From Eledone cirrhosa (Eukaryota), in contig OZ024740.1 of NCBI GenBank assembly GCA_964016885.1, positions 101,866,001-101,930,000 on the forward strand: 64,000 nucleotides of DNA, in the 5' to 3' direction. Positions 10,200 through 23,691 of the stretch are shown here, one piece after another. Within the stretch, counting starts at the first letter, position 1, and each line of letters opens with the position of its first letter. Made by a program: the position numbers and the translations under genes. Under the pieces are notes generated by a model. The model worked only from the letters and a program-made list of their open reading frames with translations, was not told where the DNA came from and searched no databases.

Positions 10200-11760
10200 T
10201 CAGGGGGCCTGGATCTCTGGAAGGGCACCTAAGCAATGGCAATCGTGAGAGATAATCCCAATTTTCAAAAAGAAAGACAAGAGTGATTGTTCCATTTACA
10301 GAGGGATCTCCTTGTTAAGCCTCCCTGGTAAAGTCTATGCTAAGTGTCTGGCAAAGAGATGCAGGGATATTGTCAAGTCAAAACTAGCTGATAAACTGTG
10401 CGTTTTTCACCCAAGCCACAGCACAACCAACCAAATATTCACACTGCGGCATGTATTCGAGAAATCGTGGGAATATTGCCAAGATGTATATTCTTGTTTT
10501 GTCGACCTTGAAAATGACCATATTCATCAGGACCTGCTGTGGAAAGTTGTGCAGGAATATGGGATTGATGGTGAACTTCTTGAATGCCTGAGTATTTGTG
10601 TTCAGATAAATGATGCTAAATCGAAACCATTCAGTGTGGGAGTTGAACTCTGCCAAGGGTGCATACTGTCACCTCACCTGTTCATTATTTACATGAATAT
10701 GGGTGGAGTATCGGTAGAGGGTCGGACGCCATGCTTTGATGCATAGAGTTACGGCCCTTTCCAATCTGAGTTCAAATCCCGCCGAGGTTAACTTTGCCTT
10801 TCATCCTTACGGTGTCGATATAATAAAGTACCAGTAATGTACTGGGTAATTGCTGGCCTTGTGCCAAAAGTAGAAACAATTATTTACATGAATAGGATTG
10901 ACATGTGCAGCTGAGTTGGAAGTGGTGTCATGACTGGTGGGTGTAAAATTAGTCAGCTGGAATTTACAAACAACATGGTGTTACTTAACTCAAAAGAAGG
11001 TGATGTCCATCTTGCACCAATAGGTTTGATGCTGAGGGCTGCATGGCTGAAATGAAAATTAGTACCGTGAAAACAGAGACATTTGTCCTCTCAAGGAAGC
11101 CTGCACAGTGCATTCTACATGTGAATGGAGTTCCACTGAAGCAAATAGAGAAGTTCAAGTATCTCTGGACTGTGTTCACAAGTGATGGAAGGCAGGGGAC
11201 AGAATTAAGTGCAAGAATTGCAGGAGCTGGTGCAGTAATATGTCAACTTCAACATTTGGTAATCAGAAGGAGGGAGGTAGGCATTAAAGCCAAACTCACT
11301 ATCTTCAATTTGGTATTCATGCCAATCCTTACCTATGGTCACGAATCTTGGGTAATGACCAAAAGAGTACAATTGCGAATACAAGCGGCCAAAAAGGGGT
11401 TCCTCTGAAGGGTCTTTAGAGTAACACTATTCGATAGAGTGCATAGCTCAGAGATCAGAATGTCACTTCAGGTAGAACTGCTACTTCTCCGAATTGAGAG
11501 ATCACAGTTCCGATACTATGGGCATGTGGTTAGAATGTCTCAGGAAAGAATCGCTGGACAGATTTTATGGGCAAAATCAACTGGCAGGAGACCCAGGGGT
11601 AGACCCCGAGCAAGATGGTTGGATAACATCCATGAGCTTGGCTAGTCTCGCTTGGGGATCCAGCCAGATTATTTGGAGACGATTACTTCTGATAGGGCCT
11701 GCTGGAAGGAATATTTGAGGGCTCTGTCCCCATGACCCTCTCAGTAATACATAGGCAAAG
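10200..11760 (+). mobile_element. Degraded RTE-clade LINE of a second, older family, interrupted by a SINE
   Basis: Broken RT motifs LLSLPGKVYAK, FVDLE, QGCILSP, KFKYL, LTYGHESW, RYYGHVVRM, GRPRARW. No Cys-rich insert before KFKYL. Confidence 0.8.
10700..10878 (+). mobile_element. tRNA-derived SINE, family B, with 16-bp TSD
   Basis: GTATCGGTAGAG...GAGTTCAAATCCC...GCCTTTCATCCTTACGG..GATA..AAGTACCAG. TSD attatttacatgaata at 10684-10699 and 10879-10894. Confidence 0.9.
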
Positions 11761-13285
11761 AAGATTTTAATTTAAATATAACCCCCCCCCCCCTTAAATG
11801 AGTTTTTTGTTTTATAAAACCAGAGGCTAGTTTAGAAGTTGGTATCAAAAGGTTTACATTGAGTAGAGAAATGTGGTCCCTAATTAGGTGAAAAATATAG
11901 CTGGCTATATGGCACAGTTGCCATACTACTAATACATAATATAAATACAAGACGAGTGTGCAACAGAAAATACAATAGATACAAGAAGGTTGTACAACAT
12001 AAGATAACTTCATTCAAGTGTAGAAAGTAGCATAAAAACAGGATATGCAGTTTTTATGTAAAACTACCAATGACATGAATTTTAGTGGGACATTTCAAGA
12101 GTTGTATTTAGCAAAGAGCAAATAACTCTTCATTTAATTTTTGATTAAGCCCTGAGATCGATAGTCTAAAGTACAATGAGCATGTTAGATTTGGATGAAT
12201 TGTTCAAGAGCTACTTAAATCATATATAGTGTGTTTCAATGTTCTGGTAAAGTCTGTTCTCAGTTCTTTCATCTTCAAGGATAATTAATAGAATCTCAAG
12301 AGATTAGTTGTGATCAGTATCAATAAGAATTGATTCAGTAAAAATGCAAAAAGTAGTGTATGTTGTTGTGCTCTGATAAGAAGTACTTAACAAAGTCTGA
12401 ATAATTTTTTTTTAATGCTATACCAATGTTTCTTTTCGTCACTCTAGTCTTTAAAGTTATTATAACGCAATTCAAAATTGAATGTCTTTCTGGAATTTCA
12501 ATATGTTAAAAACTTAAATGACATTACAATAGTAATTCAATAAACATACAAAGGAAATTTAAAATCTAGGAGAGTGGGCTTCAATTGAGATAAATAGACA
12601 AGTTTCTAAAACTGCATCATACTCATTTTTTTGCTGTTGCATCTAGGGAGAGTGTTACCTAAGAAACAAGTATGCTATCAGAACTAGTAATTGCATGTTT
12701 AATGTGTGAATTATAGGGAAACTATCTATAAAAAAAAAACTATTGCTTCTGTTGGTAACAAAAAGTAGATTATCTTATGCATGTATATCCCAGATGTGTG
12801 ATGCTGTATAGAAGTAAAATGAAGCAAAATAAAAAAAGAATTCTGGGACAATTTGAGAAAAATAAGTTAATAGTGTTCCATCAATTGTTTTAAGAAAGGT
12901 TGAATGCAAGTGAGTTTTAAAATAGTTAGAGGCTTTAGTTGATGACTTTTGGGGAGAAACCTTAGAAAGATAGGTATTGAAAATTTGCTGATGTAGCATA
13001 GAAACACATGAAAATATGTTTTAGTTGAGGGGCAGGCATATAGTTAAACTTGGAAAAATGGATACGACACAAAACACTTCTGAAAATAGACATTACACAA
13101 ATAAAGTGGATGATGATGGTGATTATGGTTTTAATATCAGTGATTGCTGTTAGTGTCAACTTCTTCGGGAGATATTTTAAAATGAAAACTGTATCATGGC
13201 ATCAAGTTATATCTCATTTAGAATGAAACAGTAAATTTTATCAGCATATCTTTAATAAATTACAATAAGCATTAATTTACATTCA

Positions 13286-13529
13286 TTAACACTTTTGTTA
13301 CCATATCCTTAATGAAATTGGTAGTGTTTCAATTAATTAATGAAGAATTTGGAGGGATTTACAAAAATTATTAATCATTTCATGATTAGAATGACATTTG
13401 TAACATCAACAGATTCTTAAGTCAATTTATGTTAGAAGGTTTTAATTTAAATAGAAACTCTGTAAGGTGGGTGGTTTTGTTTTACAGAACCAAAGGCAGT
13501 TTATGGTGTGTTGGTATCAAAAGGGTTAA
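13286..13529. mobile_element. piggyBac-type MITE (degenerate)
   Basis: TTAA-cacttttgttacca ... tggtatcaaaaggg-TTAA. Confidence 0.55.
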
Positions 13530-14319
13530 GCAATTTGGAAAATCCAGAAATAGAACCAAAGTGGATTTTAACTCACAGTCAATTCAAAGATAAGCTTATA
13601 CTAGTGGTTCTCAAACCTTTTATACTTGTAGCACATTTTAGTGCAAACAGAATTTTTTTTACATATTTTGTCCATTAAGCTAAAAAGGGCATTATATATT
13701 TTAGGCTATAAGTATAAAAAAAATTAAACTACAGATAATTATTCGGTGCTTAAAAAATGAAGGATTGTTTTGAAGACTTTCTTATCATCATTTAACACAC
13801 AATTCCTTTGCTGGTATGGGTTGAACAGGTTGTTACAGTTGGGTCTTTTAACTTAGGGTTACTGCCCTCTTAGATGAGTCACATGATGTTTGATTTGACA
13901 GAATCAGAATCACAAGAACATTAGATATTTGATCCAACTCTCTACACTCTGATTTCAAATCCTGCTTATAGGGATTATGTATAGCCACAGGTACAAGCCG
14001 AAGCTGAACCATATAGACAGTAAGCCCCCACCCCCACTCCACTGTAAAGTGGTCGTGTAGGCACCACAATAAAAAGCACCCAGTACTCACTGTAAATGAG
14101 ATTGGTGTTAGGAAGGACATCCAGCTGTAAAAACCAATCCCAAATCAGTTTTGCATGCACAATGTCACGATCACCTGACCTAGCATTGCCCACAACAGGA
14201 CAACTCATCCATGCTAGCCTGGAAGAATGGATGTAAAACAATGATGATGATGATGATGATAGTCATTTGCATTAGATCAACTACATTTCAGATAGCAAAT
14301 TTTCCCAAGTTAGCTCATT

Positions 14320-14371
<52 letters not shown>

Positions 14372-14383
<12 letters not shown>

Positions 14384-15286
14384 GTATGTGCGTGTGTCTG
14401 TGTGTCTGTGTGTCTGTGTATTACCTATAGGGGTCTACATCTTACGACCGATTTTCATGAAACTTTACAGGCTCATAGATTAGTCATCGGGGAGTGTTTT
14501 CTATATATAAGCGTATCGTTTTTTTTTTATTTCGGGGTCATTCTGCAGATAAAAATCGATAGGGGATCATCTTTTTTAGGTATCAAAAAATAAGAATTTT
14601 GGCTCTAGCTCCCACATTTTGCCACCGATTTCGTTCAAATTTTAAAGCAAAATAGAATTTATCATTGCACATCCTGTAATGGCTTTATATTTTGCATTTG
14701 TTGTTCAGGGACGGCGTGGCGGCCGCTTAAATATTCAAAAATACCACTTTTAGACTCAAATTTCCATTTTTTCGGCTCTAGCTCCCACATTAATCAACCT
14801 ACTTTGTTCAAATTTTACACTACGCTAGATCTGATTATTTCACGTCTTAAAGTGGCTTTACATTTTGGATTTTTTCTTCAGGAACGGCGTGGCAGCCGCT
14901 TAAATATTCGAAAATACCACCATTTCGGGTCTAGCTACCACATTTTTCAACCGATTTCGTTCAAATTCGAAACTTCAGCTCCACCTCACACATAAATCAA
15001 TTTATTTGGTTCAACTTTTATACTATTATAGAACCTATCATTGCACATCTTATAGTAGCTTTACACTTTGCATTTTTTGTTCAGGGACGGCGTGGCAGCC
15101 GTTTAACTCGTCAAAATACGATTTTTTCCACCTCTCACATATTCCATACGATTTCACTCTTCATTTCGCCATTTGCTACACTTTACGACCGATTTTCAAG
15201 AAACTCGCAGTCGCTAAGATCAACACCTTTTCATCAAAGCAGATATTATTTGACCTACCCAGGCAACGCTGGGTACTGCTGCTAGT
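14372..15286 (+). mobile_element. Non-autonomous Helitron-like element
   Basis: 5' (GTGTGTCT)n microsatellite, three internal ~170-bp subrepeats (cagggacggcgtggc.gccg), 3' hairpin acccag-gcaacg-ctgggt followed by CTAGT. Inserted in (TA)n. Confidence 0.7.
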
Positions 15287-15855
15287 ATATATATATATAT
15301 ATACTAGCAGTAGTGCATATATTTTTTTACTCACTTCAATTTAGATTCTAACTTATAATTTTTTTAATTTTTGATTTCTGATTTTTGATTTTCAATTTTT
15401 AGTTTTAATTTCCAACTCTCATTCATAATTTCCACTGTGAAACCATAATACCTAGAAATAAGTATATATTCTCTTAGAGGTTGATGGTCAATTCTACTGT
15501 CCATGCTTAATTTAGGGTAGTATTGAGACCTATTGATACTCATACTGTCCCAACCCCACTAGCTTTCGGCCGGCTGCCACTAACAGGGTGGTTAGCAATA
15601 AGCTATAACCGTGTCATATTACAGGCCTGGATGGGGTCATTGTTTGGTTGAGAGGGGGAACTGCCTAGGCGAGTTTCGTAGAACTCTGCGGTAGTTGATG
15701 GTCAACTTCCTTCAGACCTGTGCCTGCGCAGACCGATGGGGGTGAATTGGGGCTCACAAGGGAACGGGCGAAGAACTCAAGAGCACACGCTTTGTCCATT
15801 CCCATGTCGATTCAATTTGGATTGCCTCGGAAACATAACCTTATTATGTAACAAA

Positions 15856-15927
15856 CTGTCTGACGATGTCGCGACACTGGCGCATGGAACCGTGTGGCCA
15901 CTGCCGCCATTGAAATATGTATCACAG
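15856..15927 (+). ncRNA. Type I hammerhead-like motif with extended stem II
   Basis: ctgt-CTGACGA-(45-nt hairpin)-GAAA-tatgta-TC-acag. Canonical core, stem I ctgt/acag. Confidence 0.6.
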
Positions 15928-16077
15928 CATTATCATTAAAGGACTTTAACATCTGAAACTACTTCACTTTTTCTTATTCGATATGTACTCCATCATTCCT
16001 ATGTGGAAAAAGTACGTTGAGTGCTTGAATTGAATTGCATCAATGTTTACCTTAAGTATATATATATATATATATAT

Positions 16078-16440
16078 ACACATGGCTTAGTGGTTAGAGC
16101 ATTGGCCTTGCAATCGAAAGGTTGTGAGTTCAATTCTCAGACCAGGTGATGTGTTGTTTCTTTGAGCAAGACACTTTATTTCACATTGCTCCAGTTTACT
16201 CAGCTGTAACTGTAAAATGGTCATGGAGGTGCCACGACAAAAAAGCACCCAGCCCACACTGTAAAGTGTACATGTGGGTGCCATGGAAAAAAAGCACCCA
16301 GAACTCACTGTAAATGAGGTTGGTGTTAGGAAGGGCATCCAGCTGTAGAAATTAAGCCAGAATCAGTTCCCGTCCCACCCTTGCAAGCAGGGAAAAGCGG
16401 ACGTCAAATGAAATGATGAATGATGATGATGATGATGATA
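16078..16440 (+). mobile_element. tRNA-derived SINE, family A (tail variant B)
   Basis: TGGCTTAGTGGTTAGAGCATTGGCCTTGCAATCG...GAGTTCAATTC head and (GAT)n tail. (TA)n flanks. Confidence 0.85.
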
Positions 16441-16459
16441 TATATATATATATATGGAA

Positions 16460-16800
16460 TTCTACTGGGATTTTCTGGCACTTTCTACATTTTGAGCAGG
16501 TCCACTTCCCTGAATAAATCAGGGTGTTATCTTCTTTTCTACTTATTAGCACTTTAGATTTGGCTAAGTTTACACTCACCCCTTTTGATTCCAAATTCTG
16601 TTTCCATAGTCAGAACTTATGTTTCAGTTTTTCTATGGATTCAACTATAAGGACCAAAACCTCTGCGTAGAGAAGTTTCCATGGACAGCCAGTCTTAAAC
16701 TGCTCTATTGTTGCCTGCAGGACTTTAATGAACAGCAGTGGGCTGAGAACTGAACCCTATTGGACTCCTACCTGCACCTTGAATTCCTCACTAAAATCAT
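16460..16800 (-). pseudogene. Old RTE RT fragment of the PHD-bearing lineage
   Basis: ESKGVSVNLAKSKVLISRKEDNTLIYSGKWTCSKCRK aligns with the young family. Confidence 0.75.
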
Positions 16801-18657
16801 TTTTTATTGTGTATCAACCTGTGACGAGTGTTTCACAGTAGATTGGTACAAGGTCACCCATAAAAGTTATAGATCCAACTCCATTATCGATCTGCTCTTT
16901 AGACTGGTGATTCAACAAAAAATACGCTGTCCATCAATTCTTTCTGGTTGGGGGATTGGGATTACAATCATCTGGTAATGAGTTCCATTTCTGGTAGCAA
17001 GTTGTGTTTTTCAGCAAGTCACTTTATTCCATATTGCTCCAGTCCACTCAGCTGGCAAAAATCAATTGTACTTCTATTTTAAAGGGGCCAGGCGTGCCAT
17101 ACACTGTGTTATGCTGAGTCTCTGTGAAAATTGCATTAATGAGTCACCATGAGAATGCTCAGCCCTTTGCATATTAATTTCATGAGCAGGTGGTTTTATT
17201 TTTCAAACAATTGGAACACTCATTGTCAGAACCAATTTAATACAAACACACATTTATACACAAAAGACTCATTCATCTTGTCAAACTAAATAGATATATT
17301 TATTAGTAGGTATGTAATATATTTGAATAATTTGTGCCTGTTTTTAAATTGATTCAATATACAACATACTGAAAATCAAATCAGTATGGAAAATCAGTTG
17401 TATAAATGATGTTAATGATGTATATATACATATGTATGTGTGTCTTCATTCAAGTGGAGAATGTACTTTTAATGGAGGGGTTCTTAAAGGTCTTATGCAT
17501 ACTTGAGTTTTGAAGATCTTAATTTTCAAGTGTTGTTTAAAGAATACTGAGAAAAAAAGAAGAAAGAGTTACAAATTGTCATTTTCTTTTTTTGTTAAAC
17601 TGTGATGGAGTTAATAAGTATCTTAGACTGTTAAATGGTAAAGAATTTCCTGATATTAAAATGTTATGTCAGAATGACAGATTAGTTTGTTGATATGTAT
17701 CAAAAGCTATAGCACCAAGATATTTTGTCTGTTAAGGGAGATTGATGTATTTGAATCATCAATCATACACTTGCCATATTTGTTAGCAGGGAAAACTAGG
17801 ACATCTGCTTTCATCCTATGTGGTTTGAGGTAGCAATTATTGTCCTTTTGTTGATAATGATTATGGTTGTTGTTTAACACTTGGTCAATACTGTTCTAGG
17901 AGATCTATGATCACAAGTAATCCAGCTTTGACCATTTTCCCTATGTTTTGGAATACATTGTTCATTGTGTTTTGATGATAATAGAGTGTGATTTAATAGA
18001 ATTTGGTTGCTATATCTAGCAAATCAAACAACTGTATAGAAACTCCCTCATTATGATGATATTGGTCATAATGTCTAGTGGAAGTATTATAGTTGCTTAT
18101 ATTTTCAAGAGATGTGTTATTCATTCATAAAACCTGTGGCTTTTACTTATTCATTCAGTTGATTACCTGCATGCTATGGATTTTCTTGATCACAGCTGAC
18201 CCAGGGCCACAACAACAACAACATTGATAAAAACCTTAAGTTTTAACCCACACAGTGAAAAACTAAGAAAGGTCTTAGGGTTTCAATTCATTTATATTAA
18301 AAAGCATTACTGTAATCAGTACAGCCCATTTTGGGTTGTTCTCTTTCAGAAATGATGGATGTGTCATGAGCAGTTATCTATCCAAGGGCCCTGAACTCCT
18401 ATTGTAGCTGTAGGGCACTTTAATGGCATATAGTGTGTCTTGAGCATTTAAACTTGGCAATGACCATTCCTCCAGATAAAAGAGGTACTGTGACAAACTG
18501 GGAAAAGGGGTGGGGAAATCGACCCCAATACTGGACTCATACTTTATTTACGAGCCCTGAAGGATGAAGGTAAAGTAGGCCTTGGTGAGATTTGAACACA
18601 AAGCATTGAAAGCCAGAGAGAATATTGTAAAGCATTCTACCTGACATTATAATGTAT

Positions 18658-19035
18658 TGTCAGTATCGGTAGAGAGTCGGACGCCATGCTTTGACACATA
18701 GAGTTACGACCCTTGCCATTCTGAGTTCAAATCCTGCCAAGGTTAACTTTGCCTTTCATCCTTACGGGGGTCGATAAAATAAAGTACCAGTAATACACTG
18801 GGTAATTGCTGGCCTTGTGCCAAAAGTAGAAACAATTATAATGTATCAGTAGAGCATCAGATATTGTTTAGCGACATGGAGTTGTGGCCCTTTACGTCCT
18901 GAGTCAAATCCCACCAATGTTAGCTTTTCCTTTCATCCTTATGGGGTTGATAAAATAAAGTACCAGTAATGCACTGGGATTAATTTAATCGACTTTCCAA
19001 AATTGTTCGCCTTGTGTCTTAATCAGAAACCATTC
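18658..19035 (+). mobile_element. Two adjacent family B SINEs
   Basis: First copy has TSD attataatgtat (18646-18657 and 18835-18846); a second copy follows directly. Confidence 0.85.
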
Positions 19036-20304
19036 TAATGACTCTTCCAATTGTCAGAGTGGCAGAAAATGTTTCTCAGTTTGATGGTATAATAAATGAG
19101 CATAGCAGAATAGGCTGCAATACAATAACTGTATTTCAAAAATCGCCATAAAGTGCTGTAAAGGTATTTTAAAAAAAACAGCTTATTTCAATTGAGATAT
19201 GTCTCTGGTATGATACCTACACTAACACCTTCAAGCTGAGAAAGTCTGTATGTGATCACCTGACTTGCTAAAAATAGCAGCTAAATCTCTCTCAAGTCAA
19301 GCCGTAGGGAAAGAACATATTGGATAATGATGAGGTGGTCATGGCTGATCATAGGTCTGCTTTATCAGACTTGATCTGGGGCTAAACAGCCGCACCAAAA
19401 AAAGCAACAACTGGACAGTCGAGAAAACAGAATATATCCAGATTGTCATGTTGTACCTCATATGCTTCATCTCTGTATAGTAGAATGTGGAGTGGTAACC
19501 CACAGTAAGGTGGAGCATTGGTGTTTCCAGAGCAACAGATCTGTGTACCATGTCTGTTTTGTTTGACTGACTGCCTGCTTTGCCATAGATTTGTTGGATC
19601 AGAGCTGAACTGTGGCTGTACAACAACATGGCCATCACCACAATGACAGCAAAGGATCCTCAGTGTGTTCACTCAATCTGCTAGAAGTAGAAGCTAAATC
19701 TTATTCAAATTACATCCTACATTCTTAAAAAGCAAAGTATACTTTTAACAATTCTAGGTTCAGTGTCTACAAAAAGATAGAACAAAAACACAAATGGAAT
19801 TTCATTGCTCAGTGAAATCTGTCTTCTGGTTAAATGACAATGACAACAACAACATCAATATCTTTGCATGCCAACATTAAAGTAAGGAGGATTGCAATAT
19901 AGTTTTGAAATGACCTAACATTCCAGCAGAGCATACAGATTTTAACATCTTGGTTAGATGTTGCAGCTTTAGAAGTGTTTATCTTTATATATCAGACATT
20001 CAAATGATGTTATCATCTGTGATTGACATCCTGTGACTTCTTACATAGATTATATATTGGCTAGGTGGATGTCAGCTTTACAATTTTCTTCTTTGTTTTA
20101 TATATGTGTGTATGTGTGTGTGTGTCTATATATATATGTGTGTGTATATATATATATATATGTGTGTATCTATATATATATATATATGTGTGTGTATCTA
20201 TATATATATATGTGTATGTGTGTGTGTGTATCTATGTGTGTGTGTGTATATATATATATATATGTGTGTATCTATATATATGTGTATGTGTGTGTGTGTA
20301 TCTA

Positions 20305-20337
<33 letters not shown>

Positions 20338-20923
20338 CGTCAACATCATCATTTAACGTCCATTTTTCCATGCTAGCATGGATGTATATGAATATGTGTG
20401 TGTGTATGCATACATATATATATATATATATATATGTACATCCATCTATATATATGTGTGTGTGTGTGCATTTAGACAGTTTGATAGATATACAGGGAAA
20501 CACAAAGAGAGACAAACAGACACACAGATATCATTAACATCATCATTTTATATTCGACTTGTCACAAGTTTCAATTTTTCTTTGTGCAACTTTGCACTTT
20601 ATTACTACTATAACACTACATAATCTTTTTACTAACTACCTGTTTACTTACCAATGCAACAACACTTTTCTTTTATCTCTCTTCTTCTTCTCTCTCTTTT
20701 GCTTGCTGATATATGCTCGGTTACTAGTCTCCTGTTTCCAAACCTTTCCTTCACTAACTGCTTTCAAAGAGACAACATGTTTATCTGCTCGTCTCTACAT
20801 TTACATTTTTGACAAAAAGTCTATGTATATTTCTTTCCTTCCTGTGTTACTGTTTACACAACTTGCCTCTACCACATCCATTTCAGTTTCCAGTCATAAG
20901 ACCTTTTATTATTTGTTGACATG

Positions 20924-21368
20924 GGGAGTGGATTGGCAGTATCAGTAGAGGGTCGCGCGCCATGCTTTGCAGGATAGTTACGGCCCTTTACGGTCGGTGT
21001 TCAAATCCCGTTGCGGTTAACTTTGCCTTTCATCCTCACGGGGTCGATAAAATAAAGTACCAGTAATGTACTGGAGTCAATTTAATTGACTTTCTCCTCC
21101 CCTTCAAATTGTTGGCCTTGTGCTTCAAGTAGAAACAATTATTTGTTGACATGAGGGTGGTGGATTGGCTGTATCGGTAGAGCATCAGACACCCTGCTTT
21201 GCTGCAGAGACTTACGGCCCTTTACATTCTAAGTTCAATCCCGCCGAGGTTAGCTTTGCCTTTCATCCTTACATGGTCAATAAAATAAAATACCAGAAAG
21301 CACTGGGGTTGATTTAATTGACTTTCTCCTTCCTCAAAATTATTGGCCTTGTGCCTAAAGTAGAAACA
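20924..21368 (+). mobile_element. Two tandem family B SINEs sharing one target sequence
   Basis: attatttgttgacat at 20908 and 21138, and with one mismatch at 21369. Confidence 0.9.
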
Positions 21369-23454
21369 ATTATTTGTTTACATATATTGCTATCTTAGTT
21401 GAAAATTTTCCTGTCTCTGTTGTTGTGTTGTCTCATATGCATCTTTCCAGTGGCTTTATCAAGATGGCATACATCATGGGCTCAATATTATGCAATCCCA
21501 CACTTATGCATGAAATTGCATTGTCCATTGAGTGGTTGATGAGGAAGCTAAGATGCCTTTGTTCACACATCACATATATTTTGTTTTTTTCCATGTGCAA
21601 CTTTGCTATATCTATTTATCTATATATATATCTCTGTCTGTCTGATCATGTCTGATCATCCATCTGGCAGTCTGTCTGTAGTGCAACTTAAAAGTAGTGG
21701 AAGGGAGCTGCATGCATCAAAGACCAAAGATAACATTGCAAAATTGGCAACTGGTGAACAAATTGTGGTCATCAGCCATTGAAATGGAGGTAAATCGTCA
21801 TCATCACCGTTTTTTGTCCATTTTCCACACTAGCATGGGTTAGAAGAGTTGTTCTGTTGTGGGCAATGCTACGCCAGGTGACCATGTCTTGCTCATACAA
21901 AACTGATTTTGGCTTAGTACAAAGTTTTAAAAAACTTATGATGGTACTGCTAGTCCCTTCAAGGTCACAGCACTGAACAAGGCAGCCAAACAGTGTCCTA
22001 GAATGTTTTATCAAGACAAAAACAAAAGAGAACTTACATGAAATTACATGTTCAATGTATGACATTGAAGTTGAATATGTGATGAAGAAGGACAGTTAGA
22101 CCGATGGAGACAAAATCAAATATAGTAAATGATGTACAAACAGGAAAATGGGAGCTAGTAGCCATAACTAGAGGGTGTGAAAAACAACTATATAAAACTA
22201 TGTGACAATAGTTATGTGATGGGAGGAAGATGATTGCAGTAAAATATTGTAACTTAATAACGGAAGAGGAGGGAAACTGTGGAGTTTTTTCACCTGTTTT
22301 CACATGCCACTTTTGCTATAAATATGTATATATATATTTTGGAAAACCAACATTCACCCTTGCATGCCAGTCTCCCCTCTCCATGCCACTGATGTTGTCA
22401 TATGGTGCCGATATAGCTTTGCACCAGTGACATCACAATTCATTTCTGAGTGAACTGGAGCAATGTGAAATAAAGAACACAACACACAGCCCAGTCCAGG
22501 ATTCAAACTCACAATCTTATGATTGTGAACACTAAGCCTTCACACATATATCTATATATATGGCAGGCTTAAATAGTTTTCATCTGTCAAATTCCACTCA
22601 CAAGGCATTGGTCAACCCGAGACTATAGTAGGTGCTGGCCTAGGGTGCTGCACAACAGGACTGAAACTAGAACCATGGTAACAAAATCAAACCTCAGAAT
22701 TCTTTTTGTCATATCTGATGAAATCATCATCATTATCATTATCATAATAGATGAAAAGCAAAGTTTATCTTGATAGTGTTTGATCTCCAAGAACAGAAAG
22801 ATGGAACAAATGCTATAAACCATTCTATACTATAGTCTCATAACTCTGCTTGTTTGCTGCCTATTTTTTACTTTCACATAGAAATTAATTAGCCAAATTA
22901 ATCTGTATTATCATTAACTCTTTCATCAGTATTGGTATATATTTAATTCCATACTATAATCAGCTTTATACGTTGTGATCAGACATGTGTGAAAATAACT
23001 GAAACACTTATGTTATTATTCTCTTTTATTTTTGATTTGATTATTTTTTACAGAATACTTTAAAATTTTTGAATTTTAAGGATCTATTTCACACCTTCCC
23101 CCCTTTTCTATTCATGCAGAAAAGCTCACAAACACTCTCACACATATATGTACATTACATCCATCACACATTAGTCATTTGTGTTTATATCCATACAAAC
23201 ATACATACGTTCTCTCTGCCCATGAATACACAGGTATGTATGTGTATATACACAAAGTTTATTAAATAGAGGGGGAGACACACACATGTATCTATACATA
23301 CAAAAGCACATCAACACATAAATGTATGTATACTGGTATCATCATCATCATCACTGTTTTCTGTCCATTTTTCCATTCTACACACACACACACACATGCA
23401 TACATTATATATATATATATATATATATAATGTATGCATGTGTGTGTGTGTGTG

Positions 23455-23634
23455 TTGGATTGGCAGTATCGGTAGAGGGTCGGACGTCATGCTTTGACGC
23501 ATAGAGTTACGGCCCTTGCTATTCTGAGTTCAAATCCCGCCAAAGTTAACTTTGCCTTTCATCCTTACGGGGTCGATAAAATAAAGTACCAGTAATACAC
23601 TGGTAATTGCTGGCCTTGTGCCTAACGTAGAAAC

Positions 23635-23638
<4 letters not shown>
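23455..23638 (+). mobile_element. Family B SINE
   Basis: GGATTGGCAGTATCGGTAGAG head, B box, core, and ACAATT end. Confidence 0.85.

Positions 23639-23691
<53 letters not shown>

Noticed and set aside
15480-15850. Known structural RNA (7SK, RNase P/MRP, U3, telomerase RNA) or coding exon
   Set aside because: I could not find the diagnostic boxes or a template, and the translations resemble nothing I recognise. The downstream hammerhead explains it better.
20033-20623. [14 protein letters not shown] ORFs here and at 3954, 8162, 23311, 34674, 36955, 41247, 43547, 46672 and 63074
   Set aside because: They are translations of (TA)n, (TG)n and (CA)n microsatellites, which lack stops.
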